Positions 40,042 through 53,800 of a stretch of 64,000 nucleotides of DNA are shown piece after piece. Position 1 is the stretch's first letter, and each line of letters starts with the position of its first letter. Source of the stretch: Oikopleura dioica. Taxonomy: Eukaryota > Animalia > Chordata. The stretch lies in contig OU015569.1 of NCBI GenBank assembly GCA_907165135.1, positions 2,852,001 to 2,916,000 on the forward strand. The letters are read 5' to 3'. The translations under genes and the position numbers were made by a program. The notes below the pieces were generated by a model. The model saw nothing but the letters and a program-made list of their open reading frames with translations. It was not told the origin of the DNA and did no database searches.

Positions 40042-43000
40042 TTATTCGTTAAAGATTTCGCCATGAATGAGAGTCGTTTCTCCAACGGTAGCGCGAGTGT
40101 AGTTTTCGGCGTTTTCTCGCTCTCGCGTAGCTTCTTCCATTGGGTCCGGAATTTTAGATCTGGTTTTGGTGGAAATGAAAGATGTGAACTCGGGCCGGAC
40201 TACGTCACGAAGTAGTACCCATCTATAGCGAACGGATTCAGGAAGACAGAGCAACAAAGGTTCTACCAATTGTTTTACCAGAGAGCTAAAGTTGCTAATA
40301 GTGCGCTGCGAAACGGAAGTTTACTTACAATTGATGAGCAAACATCATCCTGGTTGTCCAGAAAACGTCGGGGGTTCCTCTTTGAAGTCTCACTAACAGC
40401 ATTTTCCAGCGATCATCCATCTCATCGGCAGGCGTAAAAGGCTCGAATGGCTTCTTGAACGGATGTGCGATGCCCAAGCTCGACCTGATTCCATGACCAA
40501 AAATATCGATGTACTTGTCAAGAATATCTACGAATTCTTTCATGGCGACGATGTCTTCAAGTACAAGCTCTTCCGAACTTTTCTTTGCGAGTTCTTTCGA
40601 ATTTTCCGGCAGTGCTTCTGTTAACTTTTGAAGTGAGTGCTGGTAGAATTCTAAGAGCTGCTGGATCGAAGTGTTATCCATGTGATTCTCAGCCTAAGAA
40701 TAGTTTCATCTCGTGTTTGAACAATGAAATTAACGCACCATTGGGAAAAAGCGATGGTATTCGTATCGGTATCCTTGTGTAAGCATGAGATGAGCGTGTT
40801 GCTCATTGAAACTCATCCTGTCGTAATGCTCCCTTGGTCGAACTCGGTCAGTCCATTCGAGGAAAATGTAACGAGAGACCGGAAGAGTCTAAATTGACTG
40901 TTTATCGACGATCGGAGAAACAATTACTTACCCCAAGGTTGGTCAAGTGCTCAATGACATGAAGCAAGCCATGAGTCCGATGACTCTCTGTCGCCAACAG
41001 GCTGTGGATCGGATACTTCCAGCTGTAGTTCTCCATGATGTCTTTAAGAACGTCGGACTTGGGCTTATCATTATTCAGATTCGATTCGACCACGTCCCCG
41101 TAGAACTGGAGGTTGTAATCCTTGCGCGCTCTGTACCTCTCGTACTGGGTGTGCTCGTATACCCTGCAAAAAAAGTAAGATTTTTAAACTTTTCTGAACA
41201 ATGCTTACCTTACAAAGCTGATGAGCCGTGGCTTTAGTATTTCAAGATATTCTTTGTCCTCGTGTCTGAAGCCGTAAGTAACCACGCAGATGAACCAAGC
41301 ATGGACGTTGGCGTAGAATTGAGCACCAAGTTTCTCATAAACTTCATCATACATCGGATCACCAGGGTCGCACATGCACACGTTTGCATGTCCTAGGAGC
41401 ACGGTGAGAAAACCGAGCGTAGCCTTGACAAATTCGAGCAAATCCTTCTTGGCAACAAAGGGGCCGAAGTTTTGCGGTCTGCCATGCAATAAGAGTGACT
41501 TGAAGAAACTCTTGAAGCTCTGGTTGGAGGTGATTTCAAGTCGAACTTCAAGTTTTCCTAGCGCCAAATCCGAAGCAATCTGGAGGAGAGTTGTGATGTA
41601 CTTGATTCCCGTATGGTGTCTTGGTGCTTGAGTATAAATCGGCGCTGACTTATTGATCTTATTGCATTTCATCTTTTGATAGTACAACTTGTTCCCGTTT
41701 TCTAGCTCTTCGTCAAGTTGCTTGATGGACTTTTCGATTTCGTGAAAGAGAGATGCGACCATGTCTCTGTGTGCATTCGCCAAGCCTACCCAATTGTCGC
41801 CTTCTTTGAATGATATTGCTTCAAAATAGCCATCCTCGCCCGAGTTGTAAATAATTCCTCGATTCTCGCCGTCATTGAAAAATCTTGGCTCTTCCCCATG
41901 AAGCGAAAGTCTGTACAGTGGATTGACAATGTCGCTTTCGGGACTATCAGGGTTTTGCATGAAGTAGCTTGACTCCGCCTGCCTACCCTCGAAGGGAAAA
42001 GACTCGTAGTCTGGAGGATCGAAAACTGATCCTTTCTCCGAATCATCGGACGGACCGACCGACTCTTCAGTCAAGTCCCATGCATTGTATTTGAGTGCCT
42101 GTTGTGAAGCCTTCTTACTCTTCCAAAATGCCGCTTCTCTCTCTAATTGGCTTTCGTGGATCTTTGCTACTCGGTGGTCTCTTGCCATTTTCTCTTTGAG
42201 TCTGTCAGTGTCGACCAGAATTTTTACTTCTTCGTTTGCTAGCTCGCTAGCTGTGGGCCGCTTAATTTCTACGCTCTCGACATTACTTCTAATCGCTTCT
42301 CGCTGAGGACATCGTTTGTAATGTGGCCAATACCGAAGGCTTTCGTCGAAATACGGATTCATGAAGGGATCGCGTCTTTGTACCTCTGCAGCTCCGTCGT
42401 CTTTTTCGATTTCCCAGTCATAGTCTATGATGCTACCTCTGATTTCGATCGCCTGCTTTTCAAGATTGTTCTCTTCCATAAACAGTGAATCGTATGTTTC
42501 CTCATGTTTCTTCTTTTTTCCTTTCACGCGTCCCACATCTGCCACAGCGACGTCTCTCACCGGTCCTTGGTTAGTATTTTTTCCTTCTTCGGACTCTATC
42601 TCTAAATTCGCAAGTGGTTCTCTAGGAACGATCTCTTTCGTATGTCGGGATTGCGGAAGCTTGTCCATATTACATTCGAAATCCACTTTCTTTAGTTCGT
42701 TCAAGAAGTTCTCGCACTTTCGACTTCGATCTTCATCAAATTTCAGTTCGTTTTCAAAGAAAGGATCCGGATCAGACGAAGACCATCCCCAAGTTTGCGG
42801 AATCATGTCATCATTGTCTCTCAGTTCTTTTCCTTTTTCAATCACGAATCGCTGCCAGTTAGACAAGCGCTTCAAAAGATCGAAGAATCTCTTCCTTTCT
42901 TCGGTAGTTGGATTTTCTCAAGAGGTGGAAGCTCTGTATCACCAGTTGGAATACGACTCTCCTCAAACGTGTCGTAAGGGGAGTTCTTGTCGATATAGAA

Positions 43001-44035
43001 GAGACTGTAATCGAATTCATCTTCGTCGCTAGAGTCAGACGGCAACCGCGTTCTTTGGGGAATCGGGCTGAAATTCAAATTAATGAAGAGAAGGCTTCAG
43101 TTGATAACGACTTACGTTGACTCGTATACTCCGCCCGAATTTTCCAGGGATATTTCAACGCCACTGTTCGACTGGATTGAAATAGGGTCGCGTTCCTGCT
43201 TGATATCGAAGGATTGTTCAAGCTTCAACCCACTAGGCTTCGCTTTAGTTTTCTGCCTCTTAGCGAGATGAACGCTTGGTGAGTTTAGTCCAGCAGCTGC
43301 TTCCTGAGATGTCTTCCTCTTGTTACGAGAATGCGCTCGAGCTTTCCTCCGCTCTCTCCAATCGTCAACTTTTCCTTCATCGATAATTGGGGAAGGAGCC
43401 GCACCCTGTCCAGCTATCACTGTTGCAGGAAACGTCTCACTCCCCGACTGAGCCATACTTGCATTCATACTAGTATTCGAAGCTTGCGGACGCTCCGCTG
43501 TACTAAATACGCTCCCGCTAACACTTTTATTCCTAAAAAACAATCAGCGTTACTCTTCCAAAGCTTTACTTAAAATGATCACCTTTTAGAAGGGGTCGCT
43601 GTTTTGGATTTCGGTGGAGGCTGCAACTGTCGACTTGTCGACGGACGCACAGGAGGAGGTTGTCTCTTTCTGGCTGAAGATGGTGCGGAATCACGACTAG
43701 TTGAAGGACGAGCTGGACTTGGCGAAGGGGTGAGCCGGGTCTTCATTCGACTCGTTGAAGGTGTCACTCCACTCGTCGAAGGGGTATCTGATTGAGTATG
43801 TCTTCGCATCGATGTATTTCCAGGCCTAGAGTAAAGAATGGTTATCAAGAAAGCTATAATTCTGTAAAACTAACGTTTCACGTGGCTGCTGCCGAGTTCT
43901 GGGTGGTGGCCGCAGCGTGTTTCCTTGTCGTGACCCCCTAGCCCTCATCTGAGCCTCCAAAGTATCTTGGGTTCGGTTCATTGAATTATCGACTTCCTCT
44001 TGATCCCAAGAGCCTTTCTGTTTGTCTCTGCCCAT
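40042..44035 (-). CDS. Large orphan gene: disordered S/P/R-rich N-terminus and helical C-terminal region
   Basis: Chain of ORFs including 556 aa at 41205-42875, linked by GT-AG introns and one A-run slip near 42915; no domain recognised. Could be more than one gene. Confidence 0.6.
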
Positions 44036-44666
44036 TTCGATTGGGATCTAACAAGTTAGCAAGTTCTCTGAAAGTCAAACGCTCTTAAATTGATGTGGCG
44101 AGGAAAGATACAGTTAATTTCTTGTAACTTCAATCAAACGCGTCTAGGACGAATCAAAACCTTTGGTAGAAGTCATGGACCATGACTCATGGTCGCCTAC
44201 GGATGAATGAAATGAGGCCGGTCAGTGATGGGTGGAGGGGGTAAGAGCCTCTTACTAAGAGGGATTCGTTTGAGGTCGTCGTTAAGAGGGTGGAGGGGAG
44301 CATTTTTAGAAATTGTCAGAGAATCACCATCAAACCGACCGGTCAATAAATATCCAAAAATATTTTCTTGGTTTTTTCGAAATCCTTCAAAAACCCCCAT
44401 CAGTTTTTCGCGGCGATTCTTTTGGGCTAAAGAACGTCAACTAAATCCAACAGGAACCCCCTGAAAACTGGCCCAAAATTTACCCGAAATGCCCTAATTT
44501 GGACTTTATTTCGTAATTTGTGACGTCATGAAGTCAAAATTTTCTGGTCAGATCTAGCCTATTCGACTCAGACTTTTCTGCTCTTTCATCTTAGCACAAA
44601 AATTATTTATAAAAATTTGCCTCAAATGGAGTTTATAATTTCATCTAACTTTACTGCTGTTTCTGC

Positions 44667-44978
44667 TAAAATAAGAGACTGCCTTAATCGTCGTTAAAAC
44701 GTTGCATCGGCTGCCTTAATCGTCGTCGCTAAAACGTTGCATGGGCTGCCTTAATCGTCGTCTTGGGAGAATCTGGAAAGTCTAGAAACACTCTGAAAGC
44801 GCTGGTTGGCGCGCGCCTACCTATCTTGAAATTGAAAAAGGCAAGATGAGTCAGACGACGATTAAGGCAGCCCATGCAACGTTTTAGCGACGACTAAAGC
44901 AGTCCGATGCAACGTTTTAACGACGATTAAGGCAGCCGATGCAACGTTTTAACGACGATTAAGGCAGTCACCTATTTT
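44667..44978. mobile_element. Small fold-back element with ~31-bp tandem-repeat arms
   Basis: Units GCTGCCTTAATCGTCGTTAAAACGTTGCATC ~3x on the left and ~4x inverted on the right; ends TAAAATAAGAGACTGCC / GGCAGTCACCTATTTTA. Confidence 0.85.
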
Positions 44979-45636
44979 ACCTACAGCATTTACTACCGAA
45001 AGATTACTAAGGCTGACGATAATATTGAATATTGAAGTGATGGCCGTTTTTATTTATTCCATCTTTTATATATTTTCAGTAGTTTTTATCAGGATGAATA
45101 AGTAAGTTATGAATGATCGTTGAAATTACAAAGGGAAGAAAGTTCTCGTGAGCAATGATAGATAGAGTATCTTGAGGATGCAGTGGTAGGACTTTTCAGT
45201 AACTGTATTTTAGTTAAAGGTATAAAAGTGTGGCTAAATTAGTTGTGGTGCCGTAAGCGACGATAAAGAGCTGAAAAAAGCAGTGTGAAAAGCATTTAGT
45301 TTGTTATGGAATCGTGTCGAATTTACATTTACACAGAGCATCATTTACAAAAATGAATAAATGTTAAGTAAATAAATTATGCGAGGAAAACTGTCTTTGT
45401 TTTGTTACGATCGCAATAAGTGGAGTTGAAGTAACAGGAGAATATTATGTGGAAAGCAGCAAAGGCGTAAATTGAAAATGGGGAAAAACGTAGCTTCCAG
45501 TGCCTTTAAAATTAATAGTATTAGAGATTGAAGGCGTTTTTGAATAGGTCACTCTGACAAATGGAGAGAAAAGGAAATGGGCTTGATTTATCAATCTGCG
45601 ATGGAGCAAGAAATAAGCAGCGTAGGTCTGGTTTTT

Positions 45637-47777
45637 TCATTTGCTTTCGTCTTTTTCGCTTTTGGGCTCAATCTCCAGACGGGCTAGAATAGAGACGTTA
45701 TTCTCTCTAGTTTCTTGAGCTCTTACATTCTATCGACGTTCGCTCTGAAAGCAAGTCTTTCAGCTCCACCGAGAGAGCTTGATTTAGTCGTTCCAGGCGG
45801 GCGTTGCGTTCTTTGAGCGAATTGACCATGCTGCGGATTTCGCTGAGTTCCCGAGATTTCGCCACATCTTCCTCATTTTCAACAGACTTTGCCGTATTCG
45901 CCGGCAGCGAGGCAGATTCGCGAAGCGGCGGAGGGGGGACTGGAGTGATTGCAGAATCCGCACTTGTTCGTGGACTGAGTGAGGATTCCCGAGGAAGTGA
46001 TTTCGACTTTCTGTTCGACTCCGACCTCGGCTCTGTCTGTGAGAGCTCGGAATTCGCATTCGAAGTCACTGTTAGATATATTAATTGGAGAATCAAAACG
46101 AACAGAAGTACCTTTGAGACTCTCCGTCGACTTCAAAAGACGGTCGAAATTCTTGAAGTCGGCGAAATTCTCTTGCGTCGAGTTTGTCGTTTCGTAGTTG
46201 TCGGCAGACTCTTCTTCTTCCGATGACGAATTGCGAAGGATTTTTCGAGAGCTTGAGCACGATGCTGAAGACGAGGCTGGTTGAAAGTCGATGTCGGAGT
46301 CACTCTGTGAACTTGCAGAAGTCGTTGTCGACTAAATTGTCAAAAATATTATCTTGTTCTTTAAATTCGATAACGTACCTGCGCGTCGCTAGAACGATGC
46401 GTCAATCGCCGTTTCTGGTACTTGAGATACATCTCTCTCTTCGCTTGAATGGTGCCACAGTTTTTGGATGGAGTCGAAACACTTTGCGGCAAACCAGTTT
46501 CCTTCGTCGTTTGTTCAGCGCTCTCCATGTTTGCAAAACCAGAACCAGCAACATGCGATAGTTCCGTAGGGAGCGTTGCTGCTTTCTATAGATCAAAGGG
46601 TGAGTAAATTCGACACCAATGAAGTTTAACCCTTACCTTACGAGCTGCCATGGAGTTTGGAGTCATTCTTAGAGGCACAGGAGCATGTAAATGATCGCCA
46701 TCTTTTACATTTGCAGCAAAGTTGGGCAGTGTGTTAGCTGAAGAAACCTGAAACAGAAACGTTAGAAAGAGACATATCGTTGTCAATATGTACTCACAGT
46801 GGAGAATGATTTTTCTGAGAAAGTTTCCCAGTTTTCGTCGGTTTTAGCGTTGTCCGGTAGTTGCGCCGTGTCTTGACCGCTCTCAATCTCGACTGCTGCT
46901 GCGTATAGATCCGAAAGCATATCTAAAATGAGAAATAAGAATTGATTAAAAACGAAGGATGTTTACCAGAAACTTCGCCCAAAAGAGCATCAGGAAGAGT
47001 GCTTGGAAGTTGAAAACCGTGTCGACGCAGCGATGTTAGATGAAATGCAATAGCAAATTCCGGCATCGTCAGTCTCCCGTCCCTGTCAATATCTGCTAGC
47101 TCCCAAATGTGACTAGTAGAAGAATCAAGTCATTTAACATTTGCAATATTTTTACCTGAGTTCGACGGTGGGTAACTTTGATTTGAAGAAAAATTCGCGC
47201 GCCTTTTCACCGGCAATCCATCCGCTTGGATTTTGGCTCAATTTGATGAACTCGTCCGAGTAATACTTCTTCTGCTCCAAATCTGGCAGCCATGGATCTC
47301 TCGTGCCTCTCGTTTGTTGAGGCATGGGCGCGGGGACGCTTGGGAGTGGTTTTATTGCTCGATTATCGAGTTCGTCGTCAACTTTCGTTTCAGGAATGTT
47401 TGTTTTCAGCTGGGGCTGAACAACGCCGACGCGGTTAATGTGAGCTGCCGTATTCCACTGGCTACTTTCATGAGAAACAGACCTTGCCATCTGACCGGCG
47501 TAACCGACTCGAGAAATCTACAATTCCAGAATCGTAAAGAAAAGTTAAACTTGAAAGCTAGCGAGAACCTGTTCAACGGGCGGTAGATGACGAAGACGGG
47601 GTATTGGCGCGATAGGGGCACCGGAAACGCCACTAACCGGAAGATCTGATGACTCCTAAAATGCAGTTGAAGATTGTGACAGGCTGCCAAGCAGTTCTAC
47701 GGTAGAACTTCTACCTTTCGGTCGCCGCTCTCAAAAGAGACAGGCCACTGCCCAGTAGAACGAGCCGAGTTCAGCAT
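45637..47777 (-). CDS. REPS1: REPS1/2-like EH-domain endocytic adaptor, multi-exon
   Basis: EH domain (EQKKYYSDEF..IAGEKAREFFFKSKLP..IWELADIDRDGRLTMPEFAIAFHL) and C-terminal coil NARLERLNQALSVELKDLLSERTSIE like the REPS tail. Confidence 0.82.
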
Positions 47778-47882
47778 CTACAAAGAACCCTTGAAGAGAG
47801 AAAAACGATCATCAATCAAGGAGAGAGCGACAGTGATTAATTTGCCTATAAGCAGCCCAGTGCTAAACTATTCGTTGAACTT

Positions 47883-50800
47883 TTAGCAGAATTTCGCCTT
47901 CGAGAAGTCCATCTCTGGATGTTGTTTCATGAAGTTCTTGAGCATGTCTTGTTTCTTTCTCTCTTCGCTTGTAGGCTCGCCCATCGCTTTTGCCCGCTGG
48001 TCGAACATCATCTTTTCGACCATGGAGCGAGTGTCGCCATCCAGATCTAAATTCAACCATAAAATAAACTGCAGAAATTATGAAAATAAAATAGATCTCA
48101 ATTGCAAAAATACAAAATCGGGAAATAATGGAGCATTGCGGCGCTACATGAAGTTCGGACTGCTCTTTGAAGGTTTCTTGAAAGTTGCCAAAGCTTGGAC
48201 CGAAATGCACATTCTTGACAATGCTCTGAAACCTAACCGGAGGTGCTGAAATCTTTGGCCGTTTCTGCTGATCTTTGGGAAGCATGGGTAAATTATCCAC
48301 AACTGACAAAAGGAAGTGCTCGCTCGATGTGAACCTGACATTTATTCGATCTTTCTTGCCTTTCTTCGATCTTTATAGGGGTTATATCTAACTCATAGAA
48401 CTGAAGGGATCCTAGCTTCTGCTGAATCTCCCACTTCTAGCGTAGTTTGCCTGCTCTCTATATCTGGACGAAGGAAGAAAACGAGTAAAGTATCTTTGAC
48501 GTCTGTATTTCGAGCTGGAGTAAAATAGAGGTTAATTCACGAACTGCGAGAATTACCGAATGAAGAGAAATACACGGCGGCGACCGAGCAAAGCTCGATC
48601 TAGATAAGCAAGTGACCTTAGGGGACGAGGGAGTCTAACGAATCTAAGATCCCAATACCCCCATGAGACTGAAACGTCCTCTAAGGCCAAAGTGTGTGAT
48701 TTTTGCAGGAGTATAAGCGTAAGATGAGTAACATGGCAGGTTCGAAACGTCGAGGCAGTCTGATTCGCGTTAAAAACCCTTTTTGGGAAAAAGCTTGAAT
48801 CAGATGCGAAGTTTTCGTGATGTCCGAGCGGTGATGACATGAAGGAGTAGCTGCACATGTAGAAGAACTCAAAATACGTCGGCGACGGTAAACTGTGATA
48901 ATTTCCGTACCTTTTCAGGCCCCGGTCGATGAATAGGGGACCTGAGTGGGGCAGTACTTGCGCTTAGTCGTATGACTGACCCGAGTTTGTGCCGATGTTT
49001 AGAGGTTCGACGGGCCTCGTTTCACGGTGTGCTCGTTTTGTATGTTTCGGGAGATGAGCTGCTCCAACTTCGGTTAAAGTCGCATTCGGATCGGCGCCGG
49101 CTGAGTATTGACGATCTGGTGAAGACTTTGGACGGGTTCTTTTCTTGCTGTTTTCAGTTGCTGAGCCCTCAACTACTGTTGAATTATGTTTATCGACTGA
49201 CATATGGCTATTGTCGGGCGCAGCAACCTCCGAAATCACTGTAGCATCAGCTGACATGTCCTCGGCAGTTTCATAAAGAGTACCACCAGAGTACCAGCGA
49301 TCTGACGGCTCGGCTGGAGCTACCGACGAGTCCAAAATAGATGTAGCGGTTGTATCTCCCAGATTTTCCATGTCCAATCGGCGTCTACTTTCCAAAATAG
49401 GTGATAGAGATGATCTTGGCGGTTTTTCCATAGCAACCATCGGAGTCGACGCGACCTGAGAAGATTTCCTCCCCCCCATGCGACTTCGACCCGGACTTTT
49501 CCATCGGTTTGGAAGTAGGAACAGGCGATTTTTGTGGGACTTTCGACTTAACGATTTCGGTTAAATGTGGGAATACGTACTCGGCCTCGTAGTAATCAAT
49601 CCAGCGTAAGTCGTGATTTCGTTCTGCGGCGTGAACCACGTGTTCTCGATGGATGAAATCACGTTGTCCTTTTTTATCTTCGACCATGACGACCCAGTCG
49701 TTGCTCGAAACGGCTTTCAGGGGACCTACCCAGCGTTCCTTCTTGCTTTTAGCGTCGGTCAGGTTTTCTCGCTTAATGTACACGACAGCGCCAGCGGGGA
49801 TTGGTCTCGGCTTAGGCTCGTTTTTCAGCCTGTGCTCCATGGCTCGGTCAGCAGCTTCCATCGCAGTTTTCACAATGGCTTCCGCCGATTTCGCTAAAGC
49901 TCCCACATTGAGACCAAACACCTGAGGTGTTTCCGCTGTCATTTCTGCGCCAGTAGAGTGGGTGAAAGTACTTTTTCGGCCAAACCAAACTTCTCGCGGT
50001 GAAATTTTCGTGCTTTTGTTTTTCACACTATTGAGCGCGCGCATCACGTGGGGAACGCAGTCGGCCCAAGTTTTTCGACCGGAAGATGAGTTGACCATGC
50101 AGAATAGACTGTTTTTGATAGTCCGATTCGCTCTTTCTGCGAAAGCGTTTGATTGAGGGTGAAATGCGGTACTTATTGTATGTTTTATCTGGTTAAGCTT
50201 ACACATTTCGTCAATCACGCTTGCGCAGAAGTGGGTACCTCTGTCACTGTGTAGATGTTTCGGCAAGAAATCCATGGGAAGGAAGACCTTGTAGATGAGC
50301 GCTTTTGCAGCGCAGATAGCAGTGTCGGACCGCGTCGGAATGCACCAAGTGTAGCGAGAGAAAGTGTCCGCCACCACCAAATAATACTTGAATCCGCCAG
50401 CGGGAGGCATACAAGCGAAATCGATCTGAATCGATTCGCCAGCTGTTTTTCCACGACGAAGGGTTCCAAGTGGCGGTTTGGTACGAGTTCCAGCAGATCC
50501 TTTTCTGCGTAGGCAAGGGACGCAGCTGTGGACGTAGTTAGAAACATCGTCTTGAAATGAAGGCCACCAACGTCCTCTAATCGCTCTAAAGTCCGCGGCT
50601 CGCCCAGATGACCGGACAAGTCGTGAGCTAGAAAGAGAAAGTGACTTTTTACCGCTTCCGGTACCACCGCCCGCGCGCCAGATTTGAATTGACACATCAA
50701 GCACCCGGTAGTGTTATCCAGGAACAGAGCTTTTTCCATCTTGAGTAGAGACGATTGTCGGTGGTCGGAGTCCTTCACCAGCGATTTTATGTCCAGTGGC

Positions 50801-53800
50801 TCCTTACCAGATTCCAGAAAAGTGATGATTGCACTCAGAGCAGAGTCCTCCCTTTGATAGTCCAGAATGTTATTATAATTCGCTGACACCAACGGAATCT
50901 CCATTGGCGCCGCGATAGCCTTGACGTTTACCTTATGTATCTTCACCTCTGATAAAGTGATTTTCTCCGGAAACTGATTTTCGTTCCAGAAAGGGACGAA
51001 GACACGTACTGGTGAATTCTTGTCGATTTCGTACTCGCGACCAACGGGAAACTCAGAGTCGTATCCAAGTGATTTGTCGTCCTCGCCAGGTCTGCGGCTC
51101 ATAAAGTCGGCGAATTGATTTTCTGATCCCTTGATGTAGACAATGTGAAAATCGAATTCTTCCAATCGGCTTTGCCATCGGCTTATTTTAGAATTCTTGA
51201 ACTTCTTTTTGTGTAGGAAGATCAAAGATCGGTGGTCTGTGTGAATCTGAAAGAATCTACCTTTCAGGAGCTTTTCCAGTCGCTCGCAGCACCAGACAAT
51301 GCTAAACATTTCCTTTTCTGAAGTGTTCCATTTTCTTTCAGCTTTGTTGAAGGTGTGGGAAATCGCGCTTACTAGGTGCACTCTCCCGCCATACTCTTGT
51401 AGCAGGACGCCACCCGCTGCGTACAGGCTCGCGTCTGTGTAGAGATGAAAAGACTCGTCAAAGTTAGGAAAACTTATGACTGGAGTCTCGGAGAGTCGTC
51501 GTTGAATTTCCTTGAGCGCCAAATCCGCTTCTTTGGTCCACTTGAAACAATTTGTTTCGTTCGCCGAATTTCGAACATCGTTTATGGGCTTCATTCTGCT
51601 CGAGAAGCAACCGGATGAAATAGCTTCGCCCATTTTCGTTTCTAGAAAACCTCGGATCCAATTCAATGACCCGATTAATGAAGCTAACTCCTTTTGGGAG
51701 CGTGGGGGTTTCATCTGACGAAGAGCGGAGACTTGCGCAGGGTCCGGTTTGATTCCATCTTCGTTGATGATTCGGCCCAAAAGTGAGCTTCGGATTGTAG
51801 GAAAGAGCACTTTTCGCCCTTGAGTTTAGCGTTAAACTTGCGGAGCGCGATGAATAGGTTTCGGAGAGTGTTGTAATAGCAGCTGAAAGTCTTCCCAAAA
51901 CACACTATGTCATCGATATAAGAAAGCATCTTTTTCCTGGTGGGGCTTGAGTCGAGAATTGTGTTTACGACGCGCGAGAATATATTCCCCGAGCATCGAT
52001 AACCGAATGGTAGTCTGCAGAAGGCGTAAGATTTCCCACCCCACTGGAAGGAAGTCTTGTACCTGTCGCTTTTCTTTACAGGGCACTGCCAATATCCACT
52101 TCGTAGATCAACTGTGGCGAAAAACTTATTGCCCGGTCCAATGTTCGCAATCGTATCCTCCATGCTTGGGAGATGGTAAGGGTCGGATTTGTCGGAGAGG
52201 CATTTGTTCAGGCTGTTTTTGTAGTTGATGCAGAAGCGCATTTCCCCAGATTTCTTAGGAATAGGCAATACCGGGCTGTTAAACCCTTTCTGGTCTTTGA
52301 TCTCTTCTATTATTTTCGTTTCGAGCAGTTCGGAGATGTGATCGCTGACCTGACCATGAAAAGCTTGCGGAATCGGGTGTTGACTGATGTTTCGACTCGT
52401 ACCATCAGTCGGGATTTCGATCTCGAACGGGAATTCACCCATTTTTTGACCGTCGCAGCCGAATCTGTCGTCGAATTCCAAACACAGCTCGGCGACCACC
52501 TTCTTTTGCCCCGGGTCGGCGTTTGCTGGTAGGGTAATTCCGAGTTTTTGCTTCGCTAGCTGAATGGGGCACCTGGCTGCGTTCTTGTTAGGTGCGTCCA
52601 GCTTTGGGACTTTTGGTGGCGGTTGAGTGCGGGATCGATCGCTATCCTTGACCGCTGATCTAGTAGTCAAGTATTTCTTGATTTTGGTCCGCTTCACTCC
52701 GTCCAGCTTCACCACTTGAGTCTCAGTTTGTGTGAAGGCTTCGTTGTAGCAAAATGAGAGAGTACGATTCTTATTGTCGACTGTGAAGCTGTCCGTCATC
52801 GCATTCTCTAGTATATCGCGGCCCAGTAGACTTGGGTATTTACTGCCTGGCATAATGGTGAGATTCAGGGAGAATGCAGGGCCACCATTGAATGATAAGC
52901 GGCAGGGAAGGATACCCATCGGCTGCTCGGCGGGAATATTTGGGCTGAAACCGGTGACCTTGAAGGGACAGGGCTTCAGCATCTGGAGAAATTCGTCGGG
53001 AACGTAAGCAGCGGACAGACAGGAGGACTCGGCTCCGCTGTCGACTTCCATCGATACGTCAAAACTTTTAGAGCCCGTAATGATGGTAGCCGAAGCGAAA
53101 TAAGCCTTTCCTGGTCGCTTCTTCTTCACTGTGTAAAAGTGAACGTCGAATGGTTGGAAATCTTCAACGTTCTTAGTCGTATTTATCTTCTTGGATTCTG
53201 GTTGTTTATCGTCTTTCCCATCCTTAGAATCGTTGCTGGCGCGCTTAGCATTCTTCTTCTTTTGTTCTTATTTCTGTTGAAGTGCTGGGAGACGGTCGCG
53301 CTGTCAACTCGATTCTGTCTTGTGGATTGGGCGAGACGGCAGAGTTCGTTGATATCGTAAACTTTTGATAGGCTTGGAAGGATTGCGTTGAAAACGTCTG
53401 GTTCTTCTTTCCTAAGATTCAAGTACAGCATCATCGTCGAGAATATGTCAAATATTTCATCGACCCCGGCGTCGGCTGACTTCTCTTGTCGGTAAGAGTT
53501 CAAAGTCGCTTGCTTCGCCTCGTTCATCTTTTGCAAGACGTTGGCGGTGTAGTGTGCAAACGGCTTCGAATGGTCGTATTCGACGTCGAAAACTTCGCTT
53601 AGCTTCAGTAAGTAGTGACTCTTCGCGGCGAATGATTTCTCTAGCAGCGCCTTGGCCGATTTCCAGTCTTGACAATTCAGAAATTCGGTTCCAAGTGAGC
53701 GTTCGATGTTCAAGTCGAAGTGGCTGTACACTGCTGCGATGAAAGGCTGTTCACGTGAAGGTCTGTCGCGGACGTAGGCGCGGTGATAAATGTCGGCTCT

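Noticed and set aside
44030-44065. ATTTCGATTGGGATCTAACAAG resembling the 3' end of the Oikopleura spliced leader
   Set aside because: Partial gapped match from memory, overlapping a start codon on the opposite strand, with no rest of an SL RNA gene.
48658-49479. env gene
   Set aside because: No signal peptide, TM segment or Cys pattern, and only ~300 bp remain before the 3' LTR.
49385-53300. Programmed ribosomal frameshifting between gag, RT, RNase H and integrase ORFs
   Set aside because: Two breaks fall inside conserved domains, no canonical slippery heptamer was seen, and each is fixed by one base in a run; indels are more parsimonious.
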